Below, piece after piece: positions 38,301 to 52,352 of a stretch of DNA of 64,000 nucleotides (its first letter is position 1; the number at the start of each line of letters is the position of its first letter). The translations under genes were made by a program, and so were the position numbers. The DNA lies in contig OX597819.1 in NCBI GenBank assembly GCA_951406725.2, forward strand, positions 47,554,001 to 47,618,000, written 5' to 3'. The stretch is from Octopus vulgaris. Lineage: Eukaryota. The notes under the pieces were generated by a model. It had not been told where the DNA came from and made no database searches. It worked only from the letters and a program-made list of their open reading frames with translations.

Positions 38301-38605
38301 TCAGATGATGGCAATCATCATGAATAATGGAATAATTGGTCCTGATATTGACTTTTTAGTTAATATAACAGAAAAGCGAACTGGCCAAGTAAATTGTGGT
38401 ACAGCTTTACTACAAGTCCACACATATTGAGCGCAAATCCATTGTATTTTGTCATGCAATTGGACAATAAACTTAACTGTGCACAAAGATGAACTAAGAA
38501 AAGTAACTGAGAGTGACCAGTAGCATGCATATAAATAACATAGACAAATATAAGTATATTAAAAACCGTACAACCAAAAAGCAATTGAGGCCATTAACAA
38601 CTGGT

Positions 38606-38652
38606 AATTGTACTGATGATGCCTACTGAAGCAGAAATATGTGCCCACAACT
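38606..38652 (+). ncRNA. decayed minimal type I hammerhead ribozyme
   Basis: TTGTA-CTGATGA-TGC ctactgaa GCA-GAAA-TATGTG-CC-CACAA; core boxes and stem II present, cleavage triplet and stems I/III mutated. Confidence 0.5.
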
Positions 38653-38941
38653 GTCTTCTTATCTTTAAATAATAATCTTGTCCTTTTCCTTAATGGCATA
38701 CCAACTTTGGAAAATTCTTGATTTTTGAGGTCATCTCACCTTTTCTTATGGAACTGGTCGCAATTGCCATTTCGTAATCAGGACACATCCTCTATTGGCA
38801 GAGGTACTTTTAATAAATCAAGAATTTATGTTGTATGGTATTTGATATACCTGTATTTGCATTAATTGTATGTACATTGGTTCACCTGACTATTAAGATT
38901 TGATATGAGATTATCTAGGAGCATTATCTCTAATAAATATT

Positions 38942-39332
38942 AGGAGTGGCTGTGTGGTAAGTAGCTTGCTTACGAACTACATGGTTCTGGGTACAGTCTT
39001 CTACTATAACCTCAGGTCGACCAAAGCCTTGTGAGTGGATTTGGTAGACGGAAATTGAAAGAAGCCTGTCGTATATATGTATAAAAATGTATATATGTAT
39101 GTGTGTGTGTATATGTTTGTGTGTCTGTGTTTGTCCCCCCAACATCGCTTGACAACCGATGCTGGTGTGTTTATGTCCCCGTAACATAGCGGTTCGGAAA
39201 AAGAGACCGATAGAATAAGTACTAGGCTTCCAAAGAATAAGTCCTGGGGTCGATTTGCTTGACTAAAGGCGGTGCTCCAGCATGGCCACAGTCAAATGAC
39301 TGAAACAAGTAAAAGAGTAAAAGAGTAAAAGA
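38942..39332 (+). mobile_element. SINE family A
   Basis: Colinear with the 7182 copy, small internal deletion. Confidence 0.9.
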
Positions 39333-39416
39333 AATATAGTCATAGAAGGCAATTACTCAGTACCTATCCAGGTCAACTCAGACTTGAGAGATTTATGTGA
39401 CTAATGTTCAGGTTAA

Positions 39417-39626
39417 CCTTTTGTTACCATATTTCTGTTTTCGTTAGTTTTTATACATGATTAAGTATTTTGAAAAATAACTTTGTCATTGTTAAGCTGG
39501 TGTATGGAACTTAACATGTTCCATGCATGAAGTTTTGATGGAAGATTTTAATTTAAATCACTTTGAAATAGAAAGCTTACATTACAAAACCAGGAATAGT
39601 CTTTGGTGGATTGGTTTCAAAAATGT
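39417..39626. mobile_element. decayed piggyBac-type MITE
   Basis: TTAA-CCTTTTGTTACC ... GGTTTCAAAAATG-TTAA; similar to 5898-6117. Confidence 0.55.
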
Positions 39627-39649
39627 TAAACATCTGTAGATTAGGGCTG

Positions 39650-40050
39650 TTAGAACAAAAACATGAGTAGCAAGAAAATTCCAGAGGGTCATAGTTCTGG
39701 GGAGGAAGAATTGGGAAAGAGTTTAGTGAGATGGCTGGGGGTTGAGACATAATGAACACATTAGGAAGAGAAAGATGAGCAGGCTTGGGGAGGGGAATGC
39801 ATGTAGATAGCCCTTTTAAGGAACTGGAGGTCAATGTAGTAGTTATTGTAGAAGAAGCAGAAAGAAAAATAACAGCATAGCTGTGTGCTAGTTTTTGAAA
39901 CATTTTGATGAATGAATCTATGACAATCAAATAATTGGCCTTCTTTTAGATTCACCTAGGATGCTTATGCATGTAAGATCAGCATTGTTCCAAATGTAAG
40001 AGCAATACTGCACTGTGTGTCTTATTTCAGCCATAACCAGCCTGAGTTTT
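39650..40050 (-). mobile_element. CR1/L2-like LINE C-terminal relic
   Basis: Minus-strand IRHTVQYCSYIWNNA resembles the IRP.LEYCS.IW motif. Confidence 0.45.
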
Positions 40051-40689
40051 GTTGTTTTTGTTTAGTCTTTTGGTGGGGTTTTGTCTATCTAGGAGTACAT
40101 TTGGTAAATGTATCCTTCATTGTTGCTTTTTTAAGATAGTAGAACATGATTTGAGGAAATTGATAGATCAGAGTTGAAGTATTTTCTGACCCCAAACAAG
40201 AAAGCCAATCTTTGTGATGCAGTTTTAGCTATGTTTATGTATGTAGGGTCACCAAGAAAGACCATAAAATATTGTGTGGCTTCACATTTGTGGAAGTCTC
40301 GAGAGCTTTTGACTTAGGTGTGTTATTCATAACTCCACTGCATGGTCCAGGCCTTGTTATGGTATGGTGGTTTATGAGCCTTGATGACCCTGAGAGCTAT
40401 GTCAGCAGAGAACAAACTCCTGTTAGGGTTTCCCATGCTGGACAAGTCAAAGGACAGAAGCCATTCTAATATGAACAACCTCTTCCCAGAGATAATAATG
40501 GATTTACATAGGGACAACACCTATATCTAGAAAAAAAAACAATGTTACAGAAGCCTCAATGCCAACACAATACCAGTGAGATCTGGGAGAGAAGGGCCTT
40601 CCTGCAGGGAAAGACAGCCCAGAGTCAAGAAGAGAGAAAAGTCATCAATGACCTATGCTCCATAAGGGATAAAGGGCTTCAGTAGTTAG

Positions 40690-41080
40690 TAAAAGTTATT
40701 CAAAATTAGGGGGTGTGAGATACAATTCTGTTTCTTTGATATGTAAAGTAATTGGTCCTTATTGCAAGATGCTCACAAGATCACTATTCATATATTCAGA
40801 ATCTGTCTGACAAGAGGGGTTTAGATTGGGTGTGAATGGGGGTTGTATTGGGAAGATTAAAGGGAATTGAAATCTATCTGATATTACCTGTATAAGAGCA
40901 TCTGTTGTTGGAAAAGACAATAAGCAGGATATTAATGTACAGAATAAAGAGTGTGAGAGAAATTACTGAACCCATAGGCACACCTGATGGGGTTTTATTC
41001 AGAGACTGATCCTTCATTTACAAAATGTTTTAAAGGTAGAATAAATTATTGGCTTCTAAGTGTATCTTGGAGACATTTAC
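40690..41080 (-). mobile_element. decayed Penelope-like RT/endonuclease relic
   Basis: Minus-strand GVPMGS.IS (PLE RT motif) and a KETE...LN-like tail. Confidence 0.45.
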
Positions 41081-41224
41081 ATTGTTTTGTGAGCATATTT
41101 GATTTATGTATGTAGATGTATATTTAGCAATATGTATGTCTATCTGTCTGTCAGACTGTTTGTCCATTCATCCTTTTGTCCATCTGTTTGTCTATCTATC
41201 TGCCTGTCCATCCATATATATATA

Positions 41225-41342
<118 letters not shown>

Positions 41343-41384
41343 TACAGATATATGCTCGTGTATGTGTGTGTGTGTATAAAGGCA

Positions 41385-41662
41385 AAAACATGACTGATAA
41401 GAAGTTCGTTTCCCAACCCGTCGTATATATGTATATAAATGTATATATGTATGTGTGTGTATATGTTTATGTGTCTGTGTTTGTCCCCCCAACATCGTTT
41501 GACAACTGATGTTGGTGTGCTTACGCCCCGTAACTTAGCAGTTCGGCAAAAGAGATCGATAGAATAAGTAGTAGGCTTACAAAGAATAAGTCCTGGGGTC
41601 GACTTGCTTGACTAAAGGCAGTGCTCCAGCATAGCCACAGTCAAATGACTGAAACTAGTAAA
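41385..41662 (+). mobile_element. SINE family A, internally deleted
   Basis: 3' half matches family A. Confidence 0.85.
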
Positions 41663-42494
41663 AAAAAATTTTTTTTTAACTTTCACTATATCTTAGAAAA
41701 TAGGGATACATTGGAATGCTGTAGCCCTGAAAATATTACAAAAGACATTGTGGTCTTTCTTTGAATTCTTTTCATATGTTGGCTCAACAGGGCTGATCTG
41801 GGGCTTAGCAGAAACAAGAATACTTGCTATTTGATTCATAACCTACCACTTTAGAAATACTTTTTCCAGAGACTCAATACAATATTTATGATTCAAACTA
41901 TATTCCTATTGAGTTGAGTCCTTGATTATGAACAACTCTTATTTGTATCAGTTTATTAAAATGCTTCTATTCATACTTCATTGCAACAGACAAAGTTAAG
42001 TGATTCAGAAGTTCTCTTTGCATTCACAAGGTTCTGGGTTTGATCCTACATTGTGTCTTCTGCCAGAACTTTGGGCTGACCCAAGCCTAGGGGAGACAGA
42101 AACTTATGTGGAGGGCCTATTGGATAGACTGACCTGTAATTCAAAAGGCCAACCTTATCATGCACTGAATTACATTGATTCTGCTTGTAGATTAATACAT
42201 TTAGTGCACAAGTGTCAGTGGAATATCCAGCCATTCATATAGTCAATCAATGAACAAGCAATCAAGTTGATGGAACAACTGGAAGGCTCATCGTCAAAAC
42301 CAATGAAATATCTATTTATTCCAGGTTCACAGTTGAGTGTTTTAACAATAGGAAGGGTTTATCCATCTGTAAAAGTAATTGCTCCAATAAAAAGCCATCC
42401 CACCCATAGAAACTTGAAAGTAAATAAGTAAATGATGTAAAGTTGTAAACAGAAAAACAGATGAAACAAAAAAAAAACAAAAAAAAACAACCCA

Positions 42495-42800
<306 letters not shown>

Positions 42801-44089
42801 AGACATATTTGCAGTAACACGCAACACAGCATTTCCTACAATCTGCAGATATGCAGATATTAAAAAGAAGAAAAAAAATGTCATTTTATAAGGTTACTTC
42901 TGTGAAATTTTAACACTTCAAGCAATGTTTGATCAATCCAATTTCTTTTGAGGATATATGGTTTCTCATTCACAGCTTAAATTAGCTTTCATCCTTGAAA
43001 TTGAGGCGGATTTTAAAAAATATCAATTTCACAAGATTAAATTTTACATTTTATTCTTGTATGTTTTAGCTGACCTTGCATGAATTGAAAGAAGGAAAAA
43101 AAAATGCATGTTATTGTGTAGATGCAAATTAAAGTTGTTGTTGTTATTTAACCCCTGGTCAATCCTGAATGAGTAGGCTAAAATTAAAAGTATTCCAGCC
43201 GTGACCATCCCAATTTTTAGGGGAATATAGGACTACGTTATTCAATGTGCCTTTACCTTATGTCCCCCACCCTTTTTTTTTTGCCATTCTATTCTGGTGG
43301 ACCCCCATAGCCAATTGATGTTTAAAAACTAATTTTATAAACACTTCTTTCAAAATTCCTATTTTGCTATTCACACATTAGCTTGTGTAGATTGAACTAT
43401 GCAAAACATTAGAGAAAGAAACCTAACTGTTTCTTGCATCAAATACATTTAAATCAAAATTTCCATGGACTCTTAAACTGCTACTATGGATCCCTAATTC
43501 ACTATTTTGCTTGAATGAACTCAAAGAAATGGATCCCCTACACAGAGGTCATATAGATTTTAGTTAAGAACCATAACTTTAGGGTGCGAGTTGAAGAAGA
43601 TTTGACTGCAGTTTCTAGCATCTCGAATAGCCACGTTGAGGCTTCCTTGTTGGATTGGCAACTACAATAAGGCTCCATCATTGACTTGGTGACTATACAG
43701 GGGTTACCCCATTGGCCAGGCAACCTTGTAGATAAAAATAAAATTAAATAGCTGCACATATAAAAGATAGAAGTCACAATAATATGATGTAAACAACATA
43801 CAAAAGATACTTTAGTCCTCATTCAACTTATTTCAGTCAACTTCATGAAAATAGACACCATTCTTACTCCAACTTTGAGTGATTAATGTTATGTAGAGCA
43901 TTGTGCTAAAGTCTGAATCTGCTTCTTGTTCTATTTTATAAATCCACCCATATTAAAGTGTTCATATTTAAATAGGAATAATCTACAATCAAAATTTTAT
44001 ATAAGAAACTTATGTCATGTTATATTCAAAAACAAGACTAAATTATTTTTATAATCAATTTAAAATCTTAGTGTTTCATTACAAATATA

Positions 44090-44504
44090 GAGCGCTGGAT
44101 TAACCATTAACCAAAATAAGCACATGTTTAGGACATGAAAGGAACAGAAGTACTACAGAAATGATAAATGGTTTGCACAAAATACTTTAAACTTGCTAAA
44201 ACAATATTCAGGATGCCCTATCTCTACTACGTTTTGAAGCAGATGTGTTATGTAATATTAATTTTAAGGATTTGATCAAAGACTTTACAATTAAAAAAGG
44301 GAAGAAAACTTTTCAAATATAAATAAAGTGGAAGGATGCAAAAATAAACATTATTTTCCATCTTACTGTTTAGTTTTGTTTCATATTGAAGAAATAGAAT
44401 TTCATTTTATGGTTTAACATGGTTTATATTTTGAATTACATATATATGGGGAAACTGAAATTTTTTTAGTGCTTAGGGCCTGTATGTGTCTTAATCTGGC
44501 CCTG
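44090..44504 (+). mobile_element. hAT (Tip100-like) deletion derivative
   Basis: Perfect 8-bp TSD CAAATATA at 44082 and 44505; TIR-like ends; transposase tail LLRFEADVLCNINFKDLIKDFTIKKG. Confidence 0.85.
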
Positions 44505-45109
44505 CAAATATAGTATTGAAAAGATTAAAATTTAAGCAGCTTTTATACTATTTTTAGTTTTTGCCTCATAAAGTAGTATAATATATTTCACTGAGAAGGT
44601 CTAATATGATCAAAACTTGTCTATTGCTTTGACCAGTTGGCTATCAAGACTAGATCCATTCCTATCTGTATTGTCTGTCATCTAGCATGAGTTGTCTTTC
44701 TTGTTTGTCTTGGTTTTACACATCTTTTCTGGTAGCCTTTGTCTATTAACTGTTTGGTTTATATGATTTTATTGAAGCTTTTCAACTCATTATATTATGT
44801 GAGATACAGTTGTATTTGCATCTGAATATTTTATCTGTACAACCCTTTTTGGTTTTGCGGGGATGGAAATCGTCATCATCATCGTCGTCATCGTCATCGT
44901 CATTGTCATCATCATCACCGTCATCATCATCTTCCTCATTTTAACATCCACTTTTTTATGCTTGCATGGGTCAGATGGAATTTATCAAAGCAGATTTTCT
45001 ATGGCCAGATTGGAAATGTATAAAACTGTTTGTATGACAATATTTAGAGACAAGGAGACACAAACACACCTACGCTCACATATGGAAACACACACACACA
45101 CACACATAT

Positions 45110-45262
45110 ACTCACACACATGATAACCCTTTTTCAGTCTCTGTCTACCGAATCTACTCACAAGGCTATAGCAGAAGACACTTGCCCAAGGTGCCACCCA
45201 GCAGGACTGAACCTGAAACCATATGGCTGGGAAGCAAACTTCTTACCATGCAGCCCCACCTG
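45110..45262 (-). mobile_element. SINE family A 5' part (other reverse fragments at ~47890-48085, 55030-55165, 56580-56700)
   Basis: GAAGACACTTGCCCAAGGTGCCAC...GGACTGAACC. Confidence 0.8.
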
Positions 45263-45628
45263 GTAACTCATAGAAATTATTGTAGCACTTTGTGTTGTGA
45301 GAGTTTGAATGGAAAATTTGAATTAGATGGGAATTCAAAATAAATTACTTTCTAAACACAAAGGAATGAAAAGGGTTTAGTGTAGGGGACACAAGGCGAC
45401 AGGATGAGAAAAGTCTGGTGTCTTGAGTGCATTTAAATGAAAGCTGTATAATGCTGGATTTGAATGAAAATGGTAATTGTGGTTTTAAATGAAGATGGCA
45501 ATGGTGGTTTTAAATGAAGGTTATATGATCGTGAATTTAAATAAACAGATGTGTATATGTATATATATGTTTATATATGTATGTGTATATATATATATGT
45601 ATATACACATACATACATACACACACAT

Positions 45629-45705
<77 letters not shown>

Positions 45706-45707
<2 letters not shown>

Positions 45708-47429
45708 TAAATACCCAGAAGAGATCCCAGGATGTATCAACCACAGATTCATAATTGCAGCACTCCAATTTATCCTACTGAATAACTATTTCATGTTCGA
45801 TACAGTTTAATATCGACAAAAATATGGAATTGCAATGGGAACCAGAGATGCTCCAGTGATTGCAAACCCTGTAATGGGCTACCTAGAATTTAAAATATAC
45901 CAACCATCACTACAAAAATATGGCACCTTATTTCATTGCTATTTAAAGGAGAACTGGAAGAGGTATTTGGACAATTGCTTTATACTTTGGAAAGATAGCA
46001 TGGACAAACTCCTTGATTTCAAAATGTTGCTTAACAATATTAATAGCAACATTCAATTCACCATGGAGCACAGCAGTAAACAACTCCCTTTTCTTGACAT
46101 CCAAATTAGAATAGTCAACACCTACATCGAAACAGACATCTTCTATAAACGTACAGATTTTAAAAAATACCTATTATTCAACTCATGGCACGCCAAACAC
46201 ATAAAAATTAATATACCTTATAATCTAGCGAGAAGAATCTGTACCATAGTTTTAGACACCTATACTCGTGAATGAAGAATCCTTGAACTCAGATCAATAC
46301 TAATCAATAGACATTACCCAATACTATTAATGAATAATGGTATTAAACAAGCAAAGGAAATAGATACACTAACATTAAGGGAATTCAACCGAAATACTAC
46401 ACTAGACTTAAAAATACCCCCATACATCTCCTCACATAACTCTAGAAACAATGAAGCCTTCAACATTATCGTCCAAAACCTACCCATCCTCACAGAAGAT
46501 AAAACAAAATTATCAAAAGCAAAATGCAACCTAAATCATTGAAGAAAATATTAACCAGTGCAAAACTATATCCATTAACAACAGAACCAAAAGTGGAAAA
46601 ATGTGGTCGACCTAACTGTGGCACATGCCCCCACCTTTTGGAGGGTTCAGAGTTCCACTTTAAACAAGATGAAATATTTAAGATTAAATCAAATTTCACC
46701 TGTGCCTCGGAAAACCTAATCCATGCCATTACATGCTTAGGGTGTGGTAATCATTATTTTGGCCAAACAGGAATATCACTCCGTTGAAGAACCACTCTCC
46801 ACAAAGAACAAATCTGCCACCCACAATACAGACAGATACAGCTCAGTGAACACATAGAAAGGTGTGCTACGAACTTTAATCCTAATTTCCTAATTTCCCC
46901 CTTCTATCAATGTTTACAGAACACTTATACATACAGCAAAGAATGAATAAAGAATCAACTTTCATCAATAAATATCTTCCACAACTCAATATGAACACAT
47001 AACATTATACAGAACACTACTAACCTTTCAATTAATACCACTAACTCCTATACGTCCCATACACCATTCACATTACAGATTTATATCTGCCCTAATTGCA
47101 CTGAATCCAGAACTACTTACCTCTCTTACACATAATCTTTTTACTCAGGGACCAGTCGACCCGAGAGCGTTTGGTAATTGGCGCGCATTTAAAGCAGTGA
47201 ACAGACATTTTATGAAACCGGTATGCCTTTGGATCTCTTTAACAATTCACAATAATGACTTTTATTACTTTTATCCCTACCTCAGTTCATCTAATTGTAT
47301 ATATCTATCATTACTTTTCATAAAAAGCCTTTACGTTTTTGATTTCCAATGTGCATTTTCACTTTTTTCTTCTTACTTTCCCGTTACATTTCCACGTGTA
47401 TTTTCTATTTTCTTTTTGTAAAATATGTC

Positions 47430-47432
<3 letters not shown>
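45706..47432 (+). mobile_element. 5'-truncated Penelope-like element (Neptune-like) with disrupted RT + GIY-YIG ORF and 3' pLTR
   Basis: GIAMGTRDAP, WKRYLDNCF (YxDD mutated), IQFTMEH..QLPFLDI, IFYKRTD, Cys motif CGRPNCGTC, NLIHAITCLGCGNHYFGQTG; stops and frameshifts; microsatellite flanks. Confidence 0.9.
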
Positions 47433-47476
<44 letters not shown>

Positions 47477-47538
47477 GGATCATTTGTAGAAATACATAAA
47501 CCTGTAGAAGAAGCACACTCTAAGATGTAGAGCGGTTA

Positions 47539-47790
47539 ATATTATACTGGGGTAGGCCAGTTTATGGGTTTACCCTGAGTTTCTCTCTCATAAGGGGTTT
47601 ATCTGAAGATACGCTATAAGGCTAAACCCCTTATGAGTGAGAAAACCAGGGTAACCCCATAAACCAGTCTACCGCACTATAATATATATATATATTAAAC
47701 ATGGGGAAGGACGGTTTATGGGATTACCTTAGGTTTCCTGTCCATAAAGGGTTTAGCTCTATGGCGTATTGTCACACCCCAAAACCTGTT
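47539..47790. repeat. ~62-bp-arm palindrome with CTGAAGA in the loop, plus a third diverged arm copy
   Basis: Arms 47539-47601 / 47623-47685; related sequence at 47700-47770; (TA)n flanks. Confidence 0.75.
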
Positions 47791-47819
47791 GGCTCAAGAC
47801 TTCTTAAAAATATGGAAGA

Positions 47820-47868
<49 letters not shown>

Positions 47869-48304
47869 TACACGCACACACACACATATGCGATGGGCTG
47901 CTTTCAGTTTCTAAATCCATTCACAGACTACTACCAAATCCATTTACGGTCTACCAAATTCTTTCACAGGGCTTTGGTCAGCCCAGAGCTGTAGTGAAAG
48001 ACACTTGCCCAAGGTACCATATAGTGGACTGAACCTGGAACCAAGTGGTTGGGAAGCAAAGTTTTTACCAGACAACCACATCTGCACCTAGCATGCAATC
48101 TTTTAATTACATTTATGATTTTGCTGATTTAAGCCAGTACTTTGTCAAATTTAATGACTTGGTGTATGTTAATTTCAGGTCAGTAACTTTTTGTTGATTT
48201 AGTTGGAATCAAGGATAACTTGGTAGCAAGCACCATGCTTTGGTTAATTATTTTAGGTGCCCTTCCAGCCTTGACTTAACAAAACAGTTAAGATGTGACA
48301 GCTG

Positions 48305-48354
<50 letters not shown>

Positions 48355-48499
48355 TTATTCAATTCTGTGAGTTCTTGTGCCAGAGCAGACTATTCTACTT
48401 CATGCTGTATCTACCAAAGAGCAGAACTGTGTAGATCCATCACTTCCATGTGGTAAGGTTCCAATTCATGCAATTCAGCAAACACTCTTTCAGCTTGAA

Positions 48500-48810
<311 letters not shown>

Positions 48811-49312
48811 TTAAGATGTGACAGCTGGAGAGAGGGGGAGGGAGAGGGAGAGAGCGTGAGTGAGAGAGAGGGAGAGAGAGACAGACAGACAGAAGCAGAG
48901 AGCACTGCACCAGCACTTGGTTTATAGTTGTCTTTATTTACATTGAAAGGTTGAAAGTCAAATTTGACCTTGGCAAGATTTAAACAGCTGGAACAAATAT
49001 TGTAATATATTTTATCTGACATTAAGGGCTCTGCCAGTCAATCACTTTTGATTTAATTAATGGCCATCCTCATTTAATATCTGTTTAACATGGTGGCATG
49101 GTTTCAATGGCTGGATGCCTGTCCTGACACCAAACACTTTACAGAGTTTACTGGGTGCATTTTATGTGACACCAGCACCAGTGCTTTTTATGCAGTATCA
49201 GTACTTGTGGGTTTGCCAAGTAGCTTGTAAGACAAAGACCTTTTGGCTGAGAAAGGGACTGGAATCAAGAGAAGTGGCCGTGTGTCAGGTGAGAGGTTGG
49301 AGTAAGATAGAG

Positions 49313-50921
49313 CAGTGTTTCTCAACCATTTTACCTTTGTGTAACCCTTAAAATAAATTGCATGTTTCATAGAACCCCTGCATGAAAAAAAAAATTATAT
49401 ACCATATCTCCCTCATATATTTTCATTGTAGTTCACATGGTAAATATCATATATATACAAGGTGCGTAAGATATTTGAGGACAGATTAATGTTTATAAAA
49501 AAAAACCAGATATATAATAACAGATAATAATTTTATTTAGCAAAAAATGCTACGAGGATAAAAATAACTCTTCTTTTCCATAATGTTATTCAATAAATCC
49601 ATCTTCAGCTTCAACAACTGCTTCTATGAGATGAAAATCATCTACATGCTCAAATCAAGTGGTCCTGGTTAATTTTGGACATTTACTCTAACTATGGCAG
49701 CTTTCAAAGAACTTTTGGTGCTATGAGCATGTTCATTGACATGTGTGTGTGTGTATTTAACAATGCTCCACATGTGATAGTCCAATGGATTGAGATCTAG
49801 GGGATTAGGAAGCCAAATGTTAGGGGTTATGTCATCACGAAAATTTTCAGCTATCCTTTCCTGTGTTACTAGAGCCATGTGTGATAGTGCAAAGTCTTAC
49901 TGAAACACATAAGGCCTTCCATTACACGCATTGTCTATTCAGGGCTTAACAATTGTTTCCAGGACCTCAATGTAGGTGATAGAGTTAACTCTAAGGCCTT
50001 GTGGTTAGAAGTAGGGAGGCATCACATGTCCTTCATTGCTGACAACGCGTAAAACCATGACAGTTGCAGGAAATTGTGTATGCATAACACTTGTAACTTC
50101 AGAAGGATCTGCACATAACCATCTGTCATTTCTTCTGTTAACTTTTTGATCTTAGTCAAAGTTTTTCTCATTTGAGAAAAACCATATTAAATCTTCTACT
50201 GGATTTTTCAGTTTGTTTAAGCACCTTTTAAATCTGATGCAGTGATTTTCTTTTGCTTTTTCCAACAAATTGACCTTTCCTCATCATACAAGACTTATAT
50301 CTGATGTCTTTGTGGATAACATTTCTGACTATTCCTTTTGACATATGGAGATCTTTTGCAATTGACCTCATGGGATTTCTGGGATTGTAATCAATGGTCT
50401 GTTGGACTTGCTGGATAAATTCAGATGTTCTGATGATTTCAGAGTATTTAGAATGCTTTTTATGCTTTGATACTGGTGATATGTTTCCATCTTCAGTCTC
50501 TAACTCCTTACAGACCTTGTAGACAAAAGATCTAGCAACTTTTAAAAATCGTGATATTTCTAAATCACTATGCAAAACCTTTATAACCACAATAACAGCA
50601 TGCTTCTTCATTTCTTGGGTAAGCTGAGGGTCTGCCATTATTATTTTCTTAAAACAAAGATTATACAGAGTTAGGAAAAAATGCAGCAATGACCCAAAAA
50701 AGGCATGTCCTCAAATACCTTATGCACCCTGTCTATATGGTTGCTATCTTTTTGGTAAAATAATAGGTTATCTAGGATGATGTCTATATTACAATATTAC
50801 AATAACCAATATGTTGTGCATATATAATAATATTACGATCATGAAATTAGCATTAACTTATCTCAATCTTTCTCACGGAAACCCTAGGAACCTTTTGCAG
50901 AACTCTGGTTGAGAAACACTG
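49313..50921. mobile_element. hAT-type MITE hosting a nested maT transposon
   Basis: TIRs CAGTGTTTCTCAACC / GGTTGAGAAACACTG; imperfect 8-bp TSD AGATAGAG/TGATAAAG. Confidence 0.8.
49458..50731 (-). mobile_element. maT/DD37D-like Tc1-mariner transposon, full length, pseudogenised
   Basis: TIRs CAAGGTGCGTAAGATATTTGAGGACA / TGTCCTCAAATACCTTATGCACCCTG; HTH ORF 50228..50689; FPATVMV, EGHVMPP, YVFQ.D, WLPNPLDLNPLDY motifs. Confidence 0.85.
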
Positions 50922-51231
50922 TGATAAAGGGACAGGGATAGTTGTCTTATTACAGGAAATACTTGTCAAGGAAGGAGAGGGAGGTGGATATTGAATGTTT
51001 AGATCTCAGGAAATAAATATTTACCATGCTAGGAGTAATTTCTAAAGTGTCATCCTTCAGTTACCTTCTCTATTAGAATGAAAGATTGATTTATGGCTTG
51101 GTAAGTAGCTGATTGACTTACATTGTCTATCTTTTGTGGCTACCTGAAGTTTATTGTTTTTTGAGTAAGCTAGCTTATACCTTGGGGAGCTTTTGAATTT
51201 AACCATGCAAACTAACAAGATTGTATACACA

Positions 51232-51379
51232 TGACTGTGTGGCAAGGGGTCAGCTTCTCAAACCCATGGTTCCAGATTCAGTCTCATTCTATGATACCTT
51301 GGGCAAGGGTCTTCTACTGAAGCCTCAGGCCAACCAAAATCTTGTCAGTGGATTTGTAGTCAGAAATTGAGAGAAGCCT

Positions 51380-51444
<65 letters not shown>

Positions 51445-51612
51445 TATCTGTCTGTCTGTCCCTCACTATCACTTGACAACTGGTGTTGGTGTGTTTATAT
51501 CCCCATAACTTAGTGGTTCAGCAGAAGAGACTGATAGAATGAGTACCAAGCTTAAAAAGAAGTATTGGGGTGCCCTAGCATGGCTGCAATCTAATGACTG
51601 AAACAAGTAAAA
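51232..51612 (+). mobile_element. decayed SINE family A
   Basis: Head, core and 3' end recognisable. Confidence 0.8.
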
Positions 51613-51674
51613 GTATATTGCAGCTGTGTATTGTGGTGAACTGTCAACCCCACTACTTTGTTACAGATAGATAT

Positions 51675-52082
51675 TGGTTTCAAATTTTGGCATAAGGCCA
51701 GCAATTTTGAGGGAGAGGGTGAGTTGATTACATTGACCCCAGTCCCCCAAAAGGATGAAAGGTAAAGCTAATCTCAGTAGAATTTGAACTCAGAATATAA
51801 AACTGTATGAAATACTGCTAAGCATTTTGTCCAATGGGCTAATGATTCTACCAGCTCTCTGCCTTATAAATAATCCTTTTTGGTATAGGTATGAAATTTG
51901 TGGGGAGTGGGCTATTCGATTACATTGACCCCAGTGCTTAACTGGTACTAATTTTATCGACCCTGAAATGATGAAAGATAAATCTGACCTCAGCGGAACT
52001 TGAAACCAGAATGTAAATACAGATAAAATGATGCTAAGCATTTTACCTAGAATGGTAATGATTCTCTCAGCTCACAGCCTTA
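51675..52082 (-). mobile_element. two tandem reverse SINE C copies
   Basis: Two GAA(T/C)TTGAA.C.CAGAA...GCTAAGCATTTT...AATGATTCT units. Confidence 0.75.
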
Positions 52083-52284
52083 ATTCTCTTTCTAATGTTG
52101 GCTGTCCACTCTGCAGAGTGGTTGGTGTTAGGAAGGGCATCCAGCTATAATGACCCTGCCAAAATAGACACAGCAGTCTGGTGCAGGCTCCTGCTTGGCC
52201 AACTCCTATCAAACCATCCAACCCATGCCAACATGGAAGGAGGACAATGATGATGATACACACACACACACACATGCATGTATG

Positions 52285-52345
<61 letters not shown>

Positions 52346-52352
52346 GTATATA

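Noticed and set aside
37667-38327. Pro/Thr/Ser-rich mucin-like ORFs
   Set aside because: Low-complexity trinucleotide tract open in several frames on both strands; no splice support
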